From contig JANWIC010000003.1 in the NCBI GenBank assembly GCA_025450075.1, positions 32,800-96,799 of the forward strand: a DNA stretch of 64,000 nt. Reading direction: 5' to 3'. The number at the start of each line of letters is the position of its first letter. The stretch's first letter is position 1. Below are positions 22,768 to 32,210 of the stretch, piece after piece. Source of the stretch: Patescibacteria group bacterium (GTDB lineage Bacteria > Patescibacteriota > Dojkabacteria > JAKAPS01). Both the position numbers and the translations under genes were made by a program. The notes under the pieces were generated by a model, which saw only the letters and a list, made by a program, of their open reading frames with translations, had not been told where the DNA came from and made no database searches.

Positions 22768-23604
22768 TCATACAACTTTTTGATGAGCGTTATTTGAGGA
22801 TACCTTCATCTTTAATGCCTCTTCCGGTTTTAGTGAAATTGACCAAAGTATTTCAAATATTTGCTTTTGTAGACTTGCAATAGCTTTGCTGTGTATTTCT
22901 ACTCCAAATATTTCTCCTTCCGTATTCCAATCAAAGAAACATACAACATCATTATAAATTGTTACCTGGTGATCTATTTTTAATTGCTCAGCGGGGATAT
23001 ATCGAAACATATAATTTTTAAAAAGTTCACCTTTAGTATAATATACTATATTTTCTTTTGTCAGGTATGGGTCATCAGTTGAAATAATTTCCCTTTCAGT
23101 AATTCCTCTTTCGTAGCATATCTCCCTGTATCTCTTTGCGAAAGTCTTTCCGAATATATCGACTTCCGTAAGATAATAATACGATAGAAGTTCTTTTGAT
23201 TCCAGTTCATGCCATATCATTTGTTTCAAGCCATCTTTACCACGATAAAATAATACTTCTGCCGCATTGTTATAACTATCTTTTCCTTCCTGTTCCAAGA
23301 TCTTTTGGAGCTTTGGAAATTCTTGCTCAATTTCTTGTATCTTTTGTCTTTTCTTTTCAATAAGGAAATATAACTCTTGAGGTTTAACAGCCTGTACTTT
23401 TTTTGATTTGTCTTCCGGAATTTCTTTGCAAATTCCCGTTTTTATCATGTTCTCAATTAACCGGTATAGAGTAGTTCTAGGAAGGCATGTATCTCTAGCA
23501 AGTTGAAGCAGGGTAGCTTCTTTGCGCTTTAGAAGCGCTTTATACACCAGCGTTTCTTTATCAGAAAGTCCTAATTCTTCAAAAAATGAAATAAGTTGAT
23601 CCAT
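22768..23604 (-). CDS. TrmB-family HTH transcriptional regulator
   Basis: LGLSDKETLVYKALL...LARDTCLPRTTLYRLIE HTH; C-terminal IYNDVV..F..FEILW effector domain. Confidence 0.85.
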   Translation of the reverse strand: MDQLISFFEELGLSDKETLVYKALLKRKEATLLQLARDTCLPRTTLYRLIENMIKTGICKEIPEDKSKKVQAVKPQELYFLIEKKRQKIQEIEQEFPKLQKILEQEGKDSYNNAAEVLFYRGKDGLKQMIWHELESKELLSYYYLTEVDIFGKTFAKRYREICYERGITEREIISTDDPYLTKENIVYYTKGELFKNYMFRYIPAEQLKIDHQVTIYNDVVCFFDWNTEGEIFGVEIHSKAIASLQKQIFEILWSISLKPEEALKMKVSSNNAHQKVV

Positions 23605-23633
23605 AATTACTGTCCACCATTTGGACAACAATT
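23605..23633. promoter_or_regulatory. Palindromic operator between the divergent regulator and SDR genes
   Basis: AATTac-TGTCCA-N5-TGGACA-acAATT. Confidence 0.6.
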
Positions 23634-23681
23634 ATACATTGCAGCACATGCATAATACAATAGGGATATCATATAATAGAT

Positions 23682-24395
23682 ATGAATAAAAGGAAGAAGG
23701 AACAATTCGCTGTTATAACTGGGGCAAGTACGGGAATTGGAAGAGCTATAGCAAAACAACTAGGTGATCGGGGATATTACCTTCTTCTTTTAGGAAAAAG
23801 TATTGATGGAATGAAGCAAACATTAAATGGATATTCAGGAGAAATATTTATTGTTGATCTTAAGAAAAAGAAAGAAATATTTTCTGTTTGCAGGAAGATA
23901 AAAGGTAAATATCCTCAAATTAATGTTTTAGCAAATGTAGCCGGTGTCTATCATAATCAATCCAGGGCATTTGCAGACATCCCCTATGAAAAATACTCAC
24001 ATGTTCAGTTGCAAGAAATTATGTCGGTAAATTTAGAAGCTCCAATGATATTATGTCACGAGCTTCTGACACATATGCCTCGTAATGGTAAAGTTATAAA
24101 TATATCGGGTACTTTTGAATCCGGAGCAAAGGGTTGGTTACCATATTATCTAGCAAAAAAAGGAGTTGAAGATTTTACCATTGGGCTTGCTCAGGAAGTT
24201 GCTGATAAAAAGATTCAAGTTAATTGTATATCTCCCTCTGATACTAAGACTGAAGGATATGAAAAATACTTTCCTGAATATGCTAAAGATGATATTTGTT
24301 TGCAGCCTAGTGAGGTTGCAAAAATAGCAGAGTTTTTAACAACTGCAGATTCAAAAATAATTTCGGGACAAATTATAACCGTAAAGCGATACTAG
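23682..24395 (+). CDS. Short-chain dehydrogenase/reductase
   Basis: TGASTGIG, NVAG, YYLAK (YxxxK), VNCISP. Confidence 0.92.
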   Translation: MNKRKKEQFAVITGASTGIGRAIAKQLGDRGYYLLLLGKSIDGMKQTLNGYSGEIFIVDLKKKKEIFSVCRKIKGKYPQINVLANVAGVYHNQSRAFADIPYEKYSHVQLQEIMSVNLEAPMILCHELLTHMPRNGKVINISGTFESGAKGWLPYYLAKKGVEDFTIGLAQEVADKKIQVNCISPSDTKTEGYEKYFPEYAKDDICLQPSEVAKIAEFLTTADSKIISGQIITVKRY

Positions 24396-24446
24396 TTGCT
24401 ATCATCTAAAACTCATGTTATATTCCAAACATATTATCCATTTATT

Positions 24447-25190
24447 ATGAATCCCTTAGAAAACTTGGCAGATTATTCCTCAGAGACAGGGGGATTAGGT
24501 TATGTGGATATTGAAAAAGTTATTACTGATGTCTTAAGTGGAAAAAGTGAATATGAAGATGGGAAAAGATTATTAAGTGGTATTGTAAGTAGAACTCTAG
24601 GTGCTTCTTATAATGATATATATTCTTCAATTGCTGATATTAGTATACATGTGGCGGGTTGGTTAATTGCATTTGGAATTGATCCAAGAAGAAATACAAT
24701 GGAAAATGGTACAGTAAAGAATTCTGATCCAAAAACTATATTATCCGAAATGTCAGGAGAATATGAGAGAAGTGGAAAATATACTGAAAATAAAATATTG
24801 CATGAGGCGTATACAAGCACTTATGAACTTTTATGTCGTTATCAACGTCTTCCTGAACATAGAACTTTAGTGGTCGATGATGTGATAAAAGCATTGGAGG
24901 AGAAATTAACATTAGGAAGAATAAATTTTATTGAAGGTAGAATGATGATTTTAAGAGCTATGCCTGATTTTATAAGTCATGGAGGTGTATATGGTGATAT
25001 TAAATTTGCGGCATATGCATTAGCTTTTGGAGTAAAACCTGTAAAAGGTAATGAGCAAGATGGATACAAGATTGGAAATCGATTTGAAATATACAACGAA
25101 TTTATGCGGGAGTTAATAAATTTAGGATTTTTGGTTGAAGCATATAACTTATTAGAAATATATGCAGAATTAACAAGATTAATAGATTAA
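24447..25190 (+). CDS. Hypothetical protein with internal duplication
   Basis: Two similar halves (WLIAFGIDP / YALAFGVKP); start 24447 preferred. Confidence 0.7.
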   Translation: MNPLENLADYSSETGGLGYVDIEKVITDVLSGKSEYEDGKRLLSGIVSRTLGASYNDIYSSIADISIHVAGWLIAFGIDPRRNTMENGTVKNSDPKTILSEMSGEYERSGKYTENKILHEAYTSTYELLCRYQRLPEHRTLVVDDVIKALEEKLTLGRINFIEGRMMILRAMPDFISHGGVYGDIKFAAYALAFGVKPVKGNEQDGYKIGNRFEIYNEFMRELINLGFLVEAYNLLEIYAELTRLID

Positions 25191-25260
25191 GTTGTATGAT
25201 AAGTTATTTAGATTAATTGCTACTTTTTCCAATATTTAATACAATCTACTCATACTTTCC

Positions 25261-25334
25261 GGGGCTGTAGCTCAGGTGGTTAGAGCACTTGCATGGCATG
25301 CAAGGGGTCAGGAGTTCGAGTCTCCTTAGCTCCA
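25261..25334 (+). tRNA. tRNA-Ala(GGC)
   Basis: GGGGCTG acceptor, G3:U70, AT-GGC-AT loop. Confidence 0.95.
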
Positions 25335-25389
25335 TTTTATTGAATTGCACTTGTAAATTAGAGTATAATCCATTAGTCACGAACGAAAT

Positions 25390-27786
25390 ATGGGACAAAC
25401 TTATGACTTTGCAAAAATTGAAGAGAAATGGTTAAAGAGATGGAATGAAAAAGGGGTCTTTACCACAAATTTAAAAGAGAAGAACAAGCCTAAATTCTAT
25501 AACCTCTGTATGTTTCCATATCCGTCTGCAGCAATGTTACACGTGGGGCATGCATATACATATAGCGGAACTGACGCATATGGTAGATTTAAACGTCATT
25601 TAGGGTTAAATGTCTTCCAGCCTATGGGATTTGATGCATTTGGCATCCATGGCGAAAACTTTGCAATTAAAGTAAATAGACATCCAAGTGATGTGTTGGA
25701 AGAAAATGTTAAAAACTTTAAATCCCAGATGGATAAGTTGGGGGTTATGTTTGACTGGTCACATACAGTAAACACCTCATATCCTGACTATTACAAATGG
25801 ACCCAATGGATTTTTGTCCAGTTGTATAAAAATGGATTGGTTGAGCGGAAAAGCGCTCAAGTAAATTGGTGTCCTTCATGTAAAACCGTGTTGGCAGATG
25901 AACAGGTTATCCAAGGAAGATGTGAGCGATGTTCTACTCTAACAGAAAAGAAAGAGATGTTACAGTGGTTTTTCAAAATCACAGACTATGCACAACGGTT
26001 ATTGGACAACTATGATACGATTGATTGGCCACAAAAAGCAGTTGCTTTGCAAAAGAATTGGATTGGTAAATCAGAAGGTGCTGTTATTTCCTTTGATTTA
26101 CAGAATGAAAATGGTGAGGTAATTCCGGAAAACCTTGAGGTTTTTACGACACGTCCTGATACAATTTTTGGTGTTACTTTCATTGTCATTTCAACCAAGC
26201 ATTCATTAATTAAACGGGTAAGTAGTAAGGCATATGAAGATGTTATCTCCTTTATTAAAGAATCTGAAAGCCAGACAGCTGTAGAAAATCAAAAAAATAA
26301 AGCAGGAGTATTTACCGGTATATATGCAAAGAATCCTTTAAGTGAAGATAAAGTTCCTGTTTATGTTGCAAACTATGTTTTAAATGATTATGGAACTGGG
26401 GCTTTAATGGGTGTGCCTGCTCATGATCTGCGGGATTATGAATTTGCAAAGAAATATGAAATTGATATTAAACCAGTAATTGCATCTGATGGAAAAGAAA
26501 TTCCATTCGAAGATGAGGGAGTTCTAATTAAATCCGAAGCGTATGATGGTATGGAGTCATCTACAGCAAGAGATAAGATAATAAAAGATTTGAAAAAGAA
26601 AAAGAAAGGATATGAACATACTACATATAAATTACGTGATTGGTTGATATCAAGGCAACGATATTGGGGTCCACCAATTCCGATAGTATATTGTGATGAT
26701 TGCGGCCCGGTGGTTGTTGAAGACTTACCGGTATTTTTACCGAATGTGGAAGATTTCAAACCGAAAGGTGATGGAAAATCACCATTGGCAAATATTGAAT
26801 CATTTATAAATACTACATGTCCTAAATGTGGAGGAAAAGCAAGACGTGAAACTGATGTCTTAGATAATTTTGTTGATTCATCTTGGTATTTTTTGCGATA
26901 CCCTTCTGTAGGTATTGAAGATAAACCATTTGATCCATCTTTGACTAAGAAATGGTTACCGGTTGATGTATATATCGGTGGATTAGAGCATGCTGTTTTA
27001 CACCTGTTATATGCCCGTTTTATTGTAATGGCTTTACATGATATTGGGTATCTTGATTTTGAAGAACCATTTACCAAACTTCGTGCGAATGGATTAATCA
27101 TTAAAGATGGAGCAAAAATGAGTAAATCAAAGGGAAACGTTATTAATCCTGATGATTATTTGAAAGCATACGGAGCAGATGTCCTACGAACATATTTGTT
27201 ATTTATAGCCCCATTTTCTGAAGGGGGAGATTTCTCTGATCGGAATATAGTGGGAATTGTTCGTTTCTTAGAAAAAGTATGGCAAATGCGTGCATTAACC
27301 GGAAAGGCGAAAAAAACGACAGTTTCTTTTGACCAGTTATATGAATTTACAAAAAAAATTACGGAAGATATTGAAAGCTTACGATATAACACAGCAATAT
27401 CTGCTTTGATGGAATATATTACTTGGATAAACAAACATGCACAAGAGATTGCCTCAAAAGATATGGTTACTATTAAAGAAAACTTCTTAGTTATGATATC
27501 TGTTTTCGCGCCATTCATATCTGAGGAAATATGGGAAGAAATGGGTCATTCTGAATTCATTATTGATGCAAATTGGCCAGAATTGGTTGAAGTAACAAAA
27601 AAGGAAGTAGATATTCCTATACAAATTAACGGGAAAGTTCGATCAACAATAAAGGCGAAAATCGATATAGATGAAGAACAAATAGTAAAGATTGCATTAA
27701 ATGATGAAATTGTGAAAAAATATATTACTGGAAGATATAAAAAAATTGTTTACGTCAAAAATAAAATATTGAATATTATCCTTTAA
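25390..27786 (+). CDS. leuS: Leucine--tRNA ligase
   Basis: MFPYPS, HVGH, FTTRPDT editing domain, SRQRYWG, KMSKS. Confidence 0.98.
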   Translation: MGQTYDFAKIEEKWLKRWNEKGVFTTNLKEKNKPKFYNLCMFPYPSAAMLHVGHAYTYSGTDAYGRFKRHLGLNVFQPMGFDAFGIHGENFAIKVNRHPSDVLEENVKNFKSQMDKLGVMFDWSHTVNTSYPDYYKWTQWIFVQLYKNGLVERKSAQVNWCPSCKTVLADEQVIQGRCERCSTLTEKKEMLQWFFKITDYAQRLLDNYDTIDWPQKAVALQKNWIGKSEGAVISFDLQNENGEVIPENLEVFTTRPDTIFGVTFIVISTKHSLIKRVSSKAYEDVISFIKESESQTAVENQKNKAGVFTGIYAKNPLSEDKVPVYVANYVLNDYGTGALMGVPAHDLRDYEFAKKYEIDIKPVIASDGKEIPFEDEGVLIKSEAYDGMESSTARDKIIKDLKKKKKGYEHTTYKLRDWLISRQRYWGPPIPIVYCDDCGPVVVEDLPVFLPNVEDFKPKGDGKSPLANIESFINTTCPKCGGKARRETDVLDNFVDSSWYFLRYPSVGIEDKPFDPSLTKKWLPVDVYIGGLEHAVLHLLYARFIVMALHDIGYLDFEEPFTKLRANGLIIKDGAKMSKSKGNVINPDDYLKAYGADVLRTYLLFIAPFSEGGDFSDRNIVGIVRFLEKVWQMRALTGKAKKTTVSFDQLYEFTKKITEDIESLRYNTAISALMEYITWINKHAQEIASKDMVTIKENFLVMISVFAPFISEEIWEEMGHSEFIIDANWPELVEVTKKEVDIPIQINGKVRSTIKAKIDIDEEQIVKIALNDEIVKKYITGRYKKIVYVKNKILNIIL

Positions 27787-27789
27787 TTT

Positions 27790-28533
27790 ATGCATACATT
27801 TTTAAAAGTCGGTGTTCCTGTTATTACTGTTATTATTATTTGCATTATCGCATTTTTTATGTTTAAACCAGATGCAACAACTCCTGCAACATCAAGCCAT
27901 ATAGGAGATTCAAGTTCATGTAATATTAAGTTTCAACCAGCAATCAAGCAGTACCAGGCTTATCCTGCAATGTGCATTGATAAAAATAAAACATATACAG
28001 CAGTTATCCATACATCTCTTGGAGATATTACAATGGATCTTTTAGCAAAAAACGCTCCAAAAACAGTAAATAGCTTCGTCTTCTTAGCAAAATCAGGCTT
28101 TTACAATAATTTGATATTTCATAGGATAATTCCCGGATTTGTCATCCAAGGTGGTGATCCTAAAGGAAATGGAACTGGAGGCCCTGGATATACATTTGCT
28201 GATGAAATTAATCCTGATACACTTGGTCTAAACTCTGATCAGATTAAGAATAATGAAGCTTCAGGGTATGTCTATGACCACTCACTACAAACAGTTAAAT
28301 TTGTTACCGGAATAGTGGGTATGGCTAATTCGGGACCGAATACAAATGGAAGCCAATTCTTTATCACACTTGATACTCAATCACAACTAGATGGATCATA
28401 TACACCGTTTGCACAAGTTACTTCTGGAATGGATGTTGTTAATACAATAGCTCAACTTCCAACAGACCCGAATGCAAAACCAAATAATCCTCCGGTTATC
28501 AAGTCTATTGAAATAACAGAAAAGTTGAGGTAG
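27790..28533 (+). CDS. Membrane-anchored cyclophilin-type peptidyl-prolyl isomerase
   Basis: N-terminal TM; FHRIIPGFVIQGGDP, MANSGPNTNGSQFFIT. Confidence 0.95.
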   Translation: MHTFLKVGVPVITVIIICIIAFFMFKPDATTPATSSHIGDSSSCNIKFQPAIKQYQAYPAMCIDKNKTYTAVIHTSLGDITMDLLAKNAPKTVNSFVFLAKSGFYNNLIFHRIIPGFVIQGGDPKGNGTGGPGYTFADEINPDTLGLNSDQIKNNEASGYVYDHSLQTVKFVTGIVGMANSGPNTNGSQFFITLDTQSQLDGSYTPFAQVTSGMDVVNTIAQLPTDPNAKPNNPPVIKSIEITEKLR

Positions 28534-28563
28534 AGTATATTCATATATCATACGCACTATAAT

Positions 28564-29445
28564 ATGTCGGATGAAGGTGCTTTGCCTACTGAAGCAGGTA
28601 AAAGAAATGAGTGGGAGGATTCTGTTTCAGATGGATTATCCCTAGTGTTTGATGAGATAAAAGTATATTTTTCAGTTTTTCTTTCCCTACCGAATGAAGA
28701 ATTTTTAGTCCAACAGGAAAGACTAAAATTATTGCAAGATCCGAATACACACCGACAAGCTAGAGATCTCCTTTTGACCTATGTTGAAATAATAGGAGCT
28801 TTATATCAAAAAGGTGAAACGTATGTTGGAATTCACTTTGATGAGATTCTTAAAATAATTTCATCTGGCGTACTAGTTTTAGGAGATATTAACCCTAATG
28901 AAATTGAAAGAAGAATTATTGAACTTAAGGCATCTATTTCTCAAGAAAACTCCGATTTTCAAACTGTTAAAGCACTTGAGAAATATATTAATGGTTTAAG
29001 TATTTTTCGTGCGAATGAAAAAATAGAAGTCGTTGAAAAAGCTATCATAGCAGAATTGGCAGCGATTTTGTTAACGGGAAATGAAAGTCTTGCAAGAAGG
29101 AAATGGATAGACATTCGAAGTAGATTGCAAAGGAACCTTCATCAGTGGCTAGGGTTGTACCAGTTGCAAAGTAGGGTCGAAAATTGGATAAATAGTAATA
29201 TTCCGGAAGAAGAAGTGTCTACTCCTATTATTAAACCACTAACATCTGAAGAAAATTATTATACTTTCCTTGGGGTAGCAAGAAATGCTAGTGTAGAAGA
29301 GATAAGGAAAGCATTTAGAAGAATTGCATTGCAAACACATCCAGATGTAGTAAAAGGTAGGGAAGAAGATTTTAAAAAAGCATTGAGGGCTGTTGATATT
29401 CTTTCAGATCCTAATCAAAGAGAATTATATGATAGAAGTATATAA
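28564..29445 (+). CDS. Protein with C-terminal J-domain
   Basis: NYYTFLGV...EIRKAFRRIALQTHPD...ILSDPNQRELYD. Confidence 0.88.
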   Translation: MSDEGALPTEAGKRNEWEDSVSDGLSLVFDEIKVYFSVFLSLPNEEFLVQQERLKLLQDPNTHRQARDLLLTYVEIIGALYQKGETYVGIHFDEILKIISSGVLVLGDINPNEIERRIIELKASISQENSDFQTVKALEKYINGLSIFRANEKIEVVEKAIIAELAAILLTGNESLARRKWIDIRSRLQRNLHQWLGLYQLQSRVENWINSNIPEEEVSTPIIKPLTSEENYYTFLGVARNASVEEIRKAFRRIALQTHPDVVKGREEDFKKALRAVDILSDPNQRELYDRSI

Positions 29446-29461
29446 ATAAACTCATTCTGAA

Positions 29462-30149
29462 TTATAACTGTTGTGTATTTTTTCTTTCTTCTAAAAGTTG
29501 GTTTAAAAGATGTAATCGTTTTTCCATTGGCTGAATTTCATCTTCTGAAAACCTTTGTGTATCTCTCATATATGCTACTATCCTTTCAATTTCCTAAGTT
29601 TTGTATAAGAACGAATGCTTTAGGGTATCGATATAATAAATCTTTCCAGAGAATGCGACATAATTTGAATTATACAAGTCGAATCTAACAGGTAATCTCT
29701 ATATTAAATATCTCTGCGAAATAATATATATTTTCCTGATATCGCTGATTAGGGTCAAAAGGTATTCTCTGTCTAATGCTTCCAGTTTTTAAAGGTAATA
29801 TAGAACCTCCTAAGGTAGCAATAAATCGGGGGAAATTATCAGGAAACAGTGTAGAAAGCACAGCGTGAGTATGAAAAAGAATTCTTGATTCTTCAAAATT
29901 CATTGACCTCTTTAACCGTAATGCCAAAACAAGATCTGGACGGGTAGGGTGTGTTAGGACAATATGTTCACTTCCTCTACCGATTATCTCCACTCCATTG
30001 CTCTGAGCAAGTGCAGCTAATTCCTGTTTAGACATTGCTAGAAATGATTCCCAATTATCACTTCCTTCGATTTGCCATTCTAATAGTTTTTCAATAAATA
30101 GGGTGGGATGAGGAATTAGGAGCTCATATCCTGATGATTCACTTAACAT
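29462..30149 (-). pseudogene. Protein-kinase-like pseudogene (frameshift ~29700, in-frame TAG at 29594-29596)
   Basis: IIGRGSEHIV Gly-loop in the first frame; the shifted frame reads RFDLYNSNY...IYYIDT and continues past TAG to TAA at 29462. Confidence 0.7.
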
Positions 30150-30174
30150 GGATGGATTTACTATTGATTAGAGG

Positions 30175-30792
30175 TTACTTCTTTTTCTTTTTATTTAATT
30201 TTCCGGTATATCCCATTGCTTTATGATGAGATAATTCATGCTGGTCAAAAATTTCATCAGTATTAAACCAGAGGTCAATCTCAAAATCAGCTTCTTCCTT
30301 GTTTCCAGAAGCGTGAATAAGGTTATAAAAAGGACGTTTCAGATCGTTAGCAAGATCAGCGTTATCGAAGCTATAATCGCCTCTGATAGTCCCTGGTGAT
30401 GCCAATGCTGGAACAGTAGATCCAACAAACTTTCGAACCAATTTGATGGCATCTGGCCCCTCAAAGACCATAGCCAGGACAGGTCCAGCTGTTAGGTATT
30501 CAACATTCCATGCTTTAATTAACTTTCCAATTTCCATTGGATTATCAGTTCCAAGTCTTTTAATTGGATCAATTTTTTTCTCTTTGTATTCATCAAGTGT
30601 CCTATTTCCAACTGTCTCGAGCCACTCTTTTGAATTAGGATAGTGTTTATGACCCATTTCTTCAGTCGCTTCAACTAGTTTCATAGCACAGAGTTTTAGC
30701 CCAACACGTTCAAATCTGTGAATGATTTCACCCATAATGCCTCGTGCAACACCATCATGTTTTATTATTACTAAAGTTTTTTCGTATGCCAT
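30175..30792 (-). CDS. ndk: Nucleoside diphosphate kinase (copy A, long-insert type)
   Basis: IKHDG, GTIRGD, NLIHASG. Confidence 0.93.
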   Translation of the reverse strand: MAYEKTLVIIKHDGVARGIMGEIIHRFERVGLKLCAMKLVEATEEMGHKHYPNSKEWLETVGNRTLDEYKEKKIDPIKRLGTDNPMEIGKLIKAWNVEYLTAGPVLAMVFEGPDAIKLVRKFVGSTVPALASPGTIRGDYSFDNADLANDLKRPFYNLIHASGNKEEADFEIDLWFNTDEIFDQHELSHHKAMGYTGKLNKKKKK

Positions 30793-30798
30793 AACGTA

Positions 30799-31380
30799 TT
30801 AAAAAAATATTGCATCTGATCGATCATATTCCATTGGTTCAAAATCTAGTCCAAACCAAAGCGAAATCTCTCGATTTGCCTCATTTACATCTCCTGAGGC
30901 ATGGACAAGATTACGAACGACTCGATTATTCAAATTTGCAGACATTGGTGAGTCATGTGAAAGATCTCCTGTAATTGTTCCTTTTTCTGCTGTGAATGGG
31001 GTAGTGTCACCACGAAGTTTTCTTGCAACAGAAATTGCATTGACTCCTTCCCAAATCATAACAATAACCGGGCTCATTAGCATGTATGCTTTGAGGTTAT
31101 TTACAACATCAACGCCGATTTTATACGGATCATCAGTTCCCATTTCTTTAACAATATCAAGCCCTAATTCTCTATATGCCCTCACACTTTTTTCACCGGC
31201 CATTTCAACCCATTGGCGATTTGAAATATCATACATTTTTTCTATTATTTTCTCATCTGCCTGGGTCATTTTACAGGCAACCAATTTTAAACCGACTTTT
31301 TCAAATCGATCCATTATGTTTCCGACTAATCCCCGTAAAAGAGTATCTGGTTTTAAAACAACCAATGTATCTTCAATCAT
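30799..31380 (-). CDS. ndk: Nucleoside diphosphate kinase (copy B)
   Basis: LKPDT, GTITGD, NLVHASG. Confidence 0.9.
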   Translation of the reverse strand: MIEDTLVVLKPDTLLRGLVGNIMDRFEKVGLKLVACKMTQADEKIIEKMYDISNRQWVEMAGEKSVRAYRELGLDIVKEMGTDDPYKIGVDVVNNLKAYMLMSPVIVMIWEGVNAISVARKLRGDTTPFTAEKGTITGDLSHDSPMSANLNNRVVRNLVHASGDVNEANREISLWFGLDFEPMEYDRSDAIFF

Positions 31381-31457
31381 GTTGTAAATATAACGTCAAT
31401 GTACTATACAACATTTTTATACCGTTTTCAATCATGTTTTGATATAATGCATCTATC

Positions 31458-31532
31458 GTCTCTGTAGCTCAGTCCGGATAGAGCATCTCGGTCCTAACGA
31501 GGGGGTCGCAGGTTCGAATCCTGCCAGGGACA
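31458..31532 (+). tRNA. tRNA-Arg(CCT)
   Basis: GTCTCTG/CAGGGAC acceptor, A20, loop GT-CCT-AA. Confidence 0.92.
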
Positions 31533-31546
31533 TTTTTTAATCTTCT

Positions 31547-32209
31547 ATGACAAGAAAAACAAAAAGGATCATTGTAAAGAGTGTATTTAATTCTCTCATG
31601 ATTGGATCTATATTGTTCCTTACTGCATCTTTTGGGCCATTTTTACGGTATGAAATTGAATATCGTCTTTTTGTCCTTTCCGGGAAAAAATATGCAATTG
31701 ATTCCACAAACGGTACTACAAACACAGGCCTTATTCAAGCTATCTTCTCTCATAGCGAAACTATCTTTATCAAGCCGATTGACTCTAATTTTGATATCAT
31801 TATCCCTAAAATCGGTTTAAATGAAAGGATTATTGATAATGTTGATAGCAATAATGTCCAAGCTGTAGAGGATAGTTTAAAGATTGGAGTAGGGAGAGCG
31901 AGAGGGACTGCTTATCCTGATCAATACGGAAATATGTATTTATTTGCTCATTCGAGTACAAATGTATTGTCCATTGACAGGTATAATGCGGTGTTTACAT
32001 TGCTACGGGATATGAAAGACGGTGATCTTGTTTATGTTTTTTATAAAGGAAAAGAATATACCTATCAAATATATACGCAGATTATTGTTTCTCCAAATGA
32101 TACAAAAGACATTACTTTCAATGCTCCATATCCACAAATAACGCTGCAAACATGTGATCCACCTGGATTTGATATCAATAGGCTACTTCTTAAAGCTAAA
32201 CTAATCTAA
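31547..32209 (+). CDS. Sortase
   Basis: N-terminal TM; catalytic H (LFAHS), C (TLQTC) and R (NRLL). Confidence 0.9.
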   Translation: MTRKTKRIIVKSVFNSLMIGSILFLTASFGPFLRYEIEYRLFVLSGKKYAIDSTNGTTNTGLIQAIFSHSETIFIKPIDSNFDIIIPKIGLNERIIDNVDSNNVQAVEDSLKIGVGRARGTAYPDQYGNMYLFAHSSTNVLSIDRYNAVFTLLRDMKDGDLVYVFYKGKEYTYQIYTQIIVSPNDTKDITFNAPYPQITLQTCDPPGFDINRLLLKAKLI

Positions 32210-32210
32210 G

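Noticed and set aside
17053-25334. Integrative element at tRNA-Ala
   Set aside because: Both tRNAs are complete and different isoacceptors; no integrase or att duplication seen
29594-29596. Stop-codon reassignment (TAG or TGA read as sense, e.g. code 25)
   Set aside because: TAG ends secE, rpmB and topA, TGA ends radA, nth and priA, and core genes have no internal stops
29473-29688. 71-aa plus-strand ORF
   Set aside because: Antisense shadow of the kinase pseudogene tail
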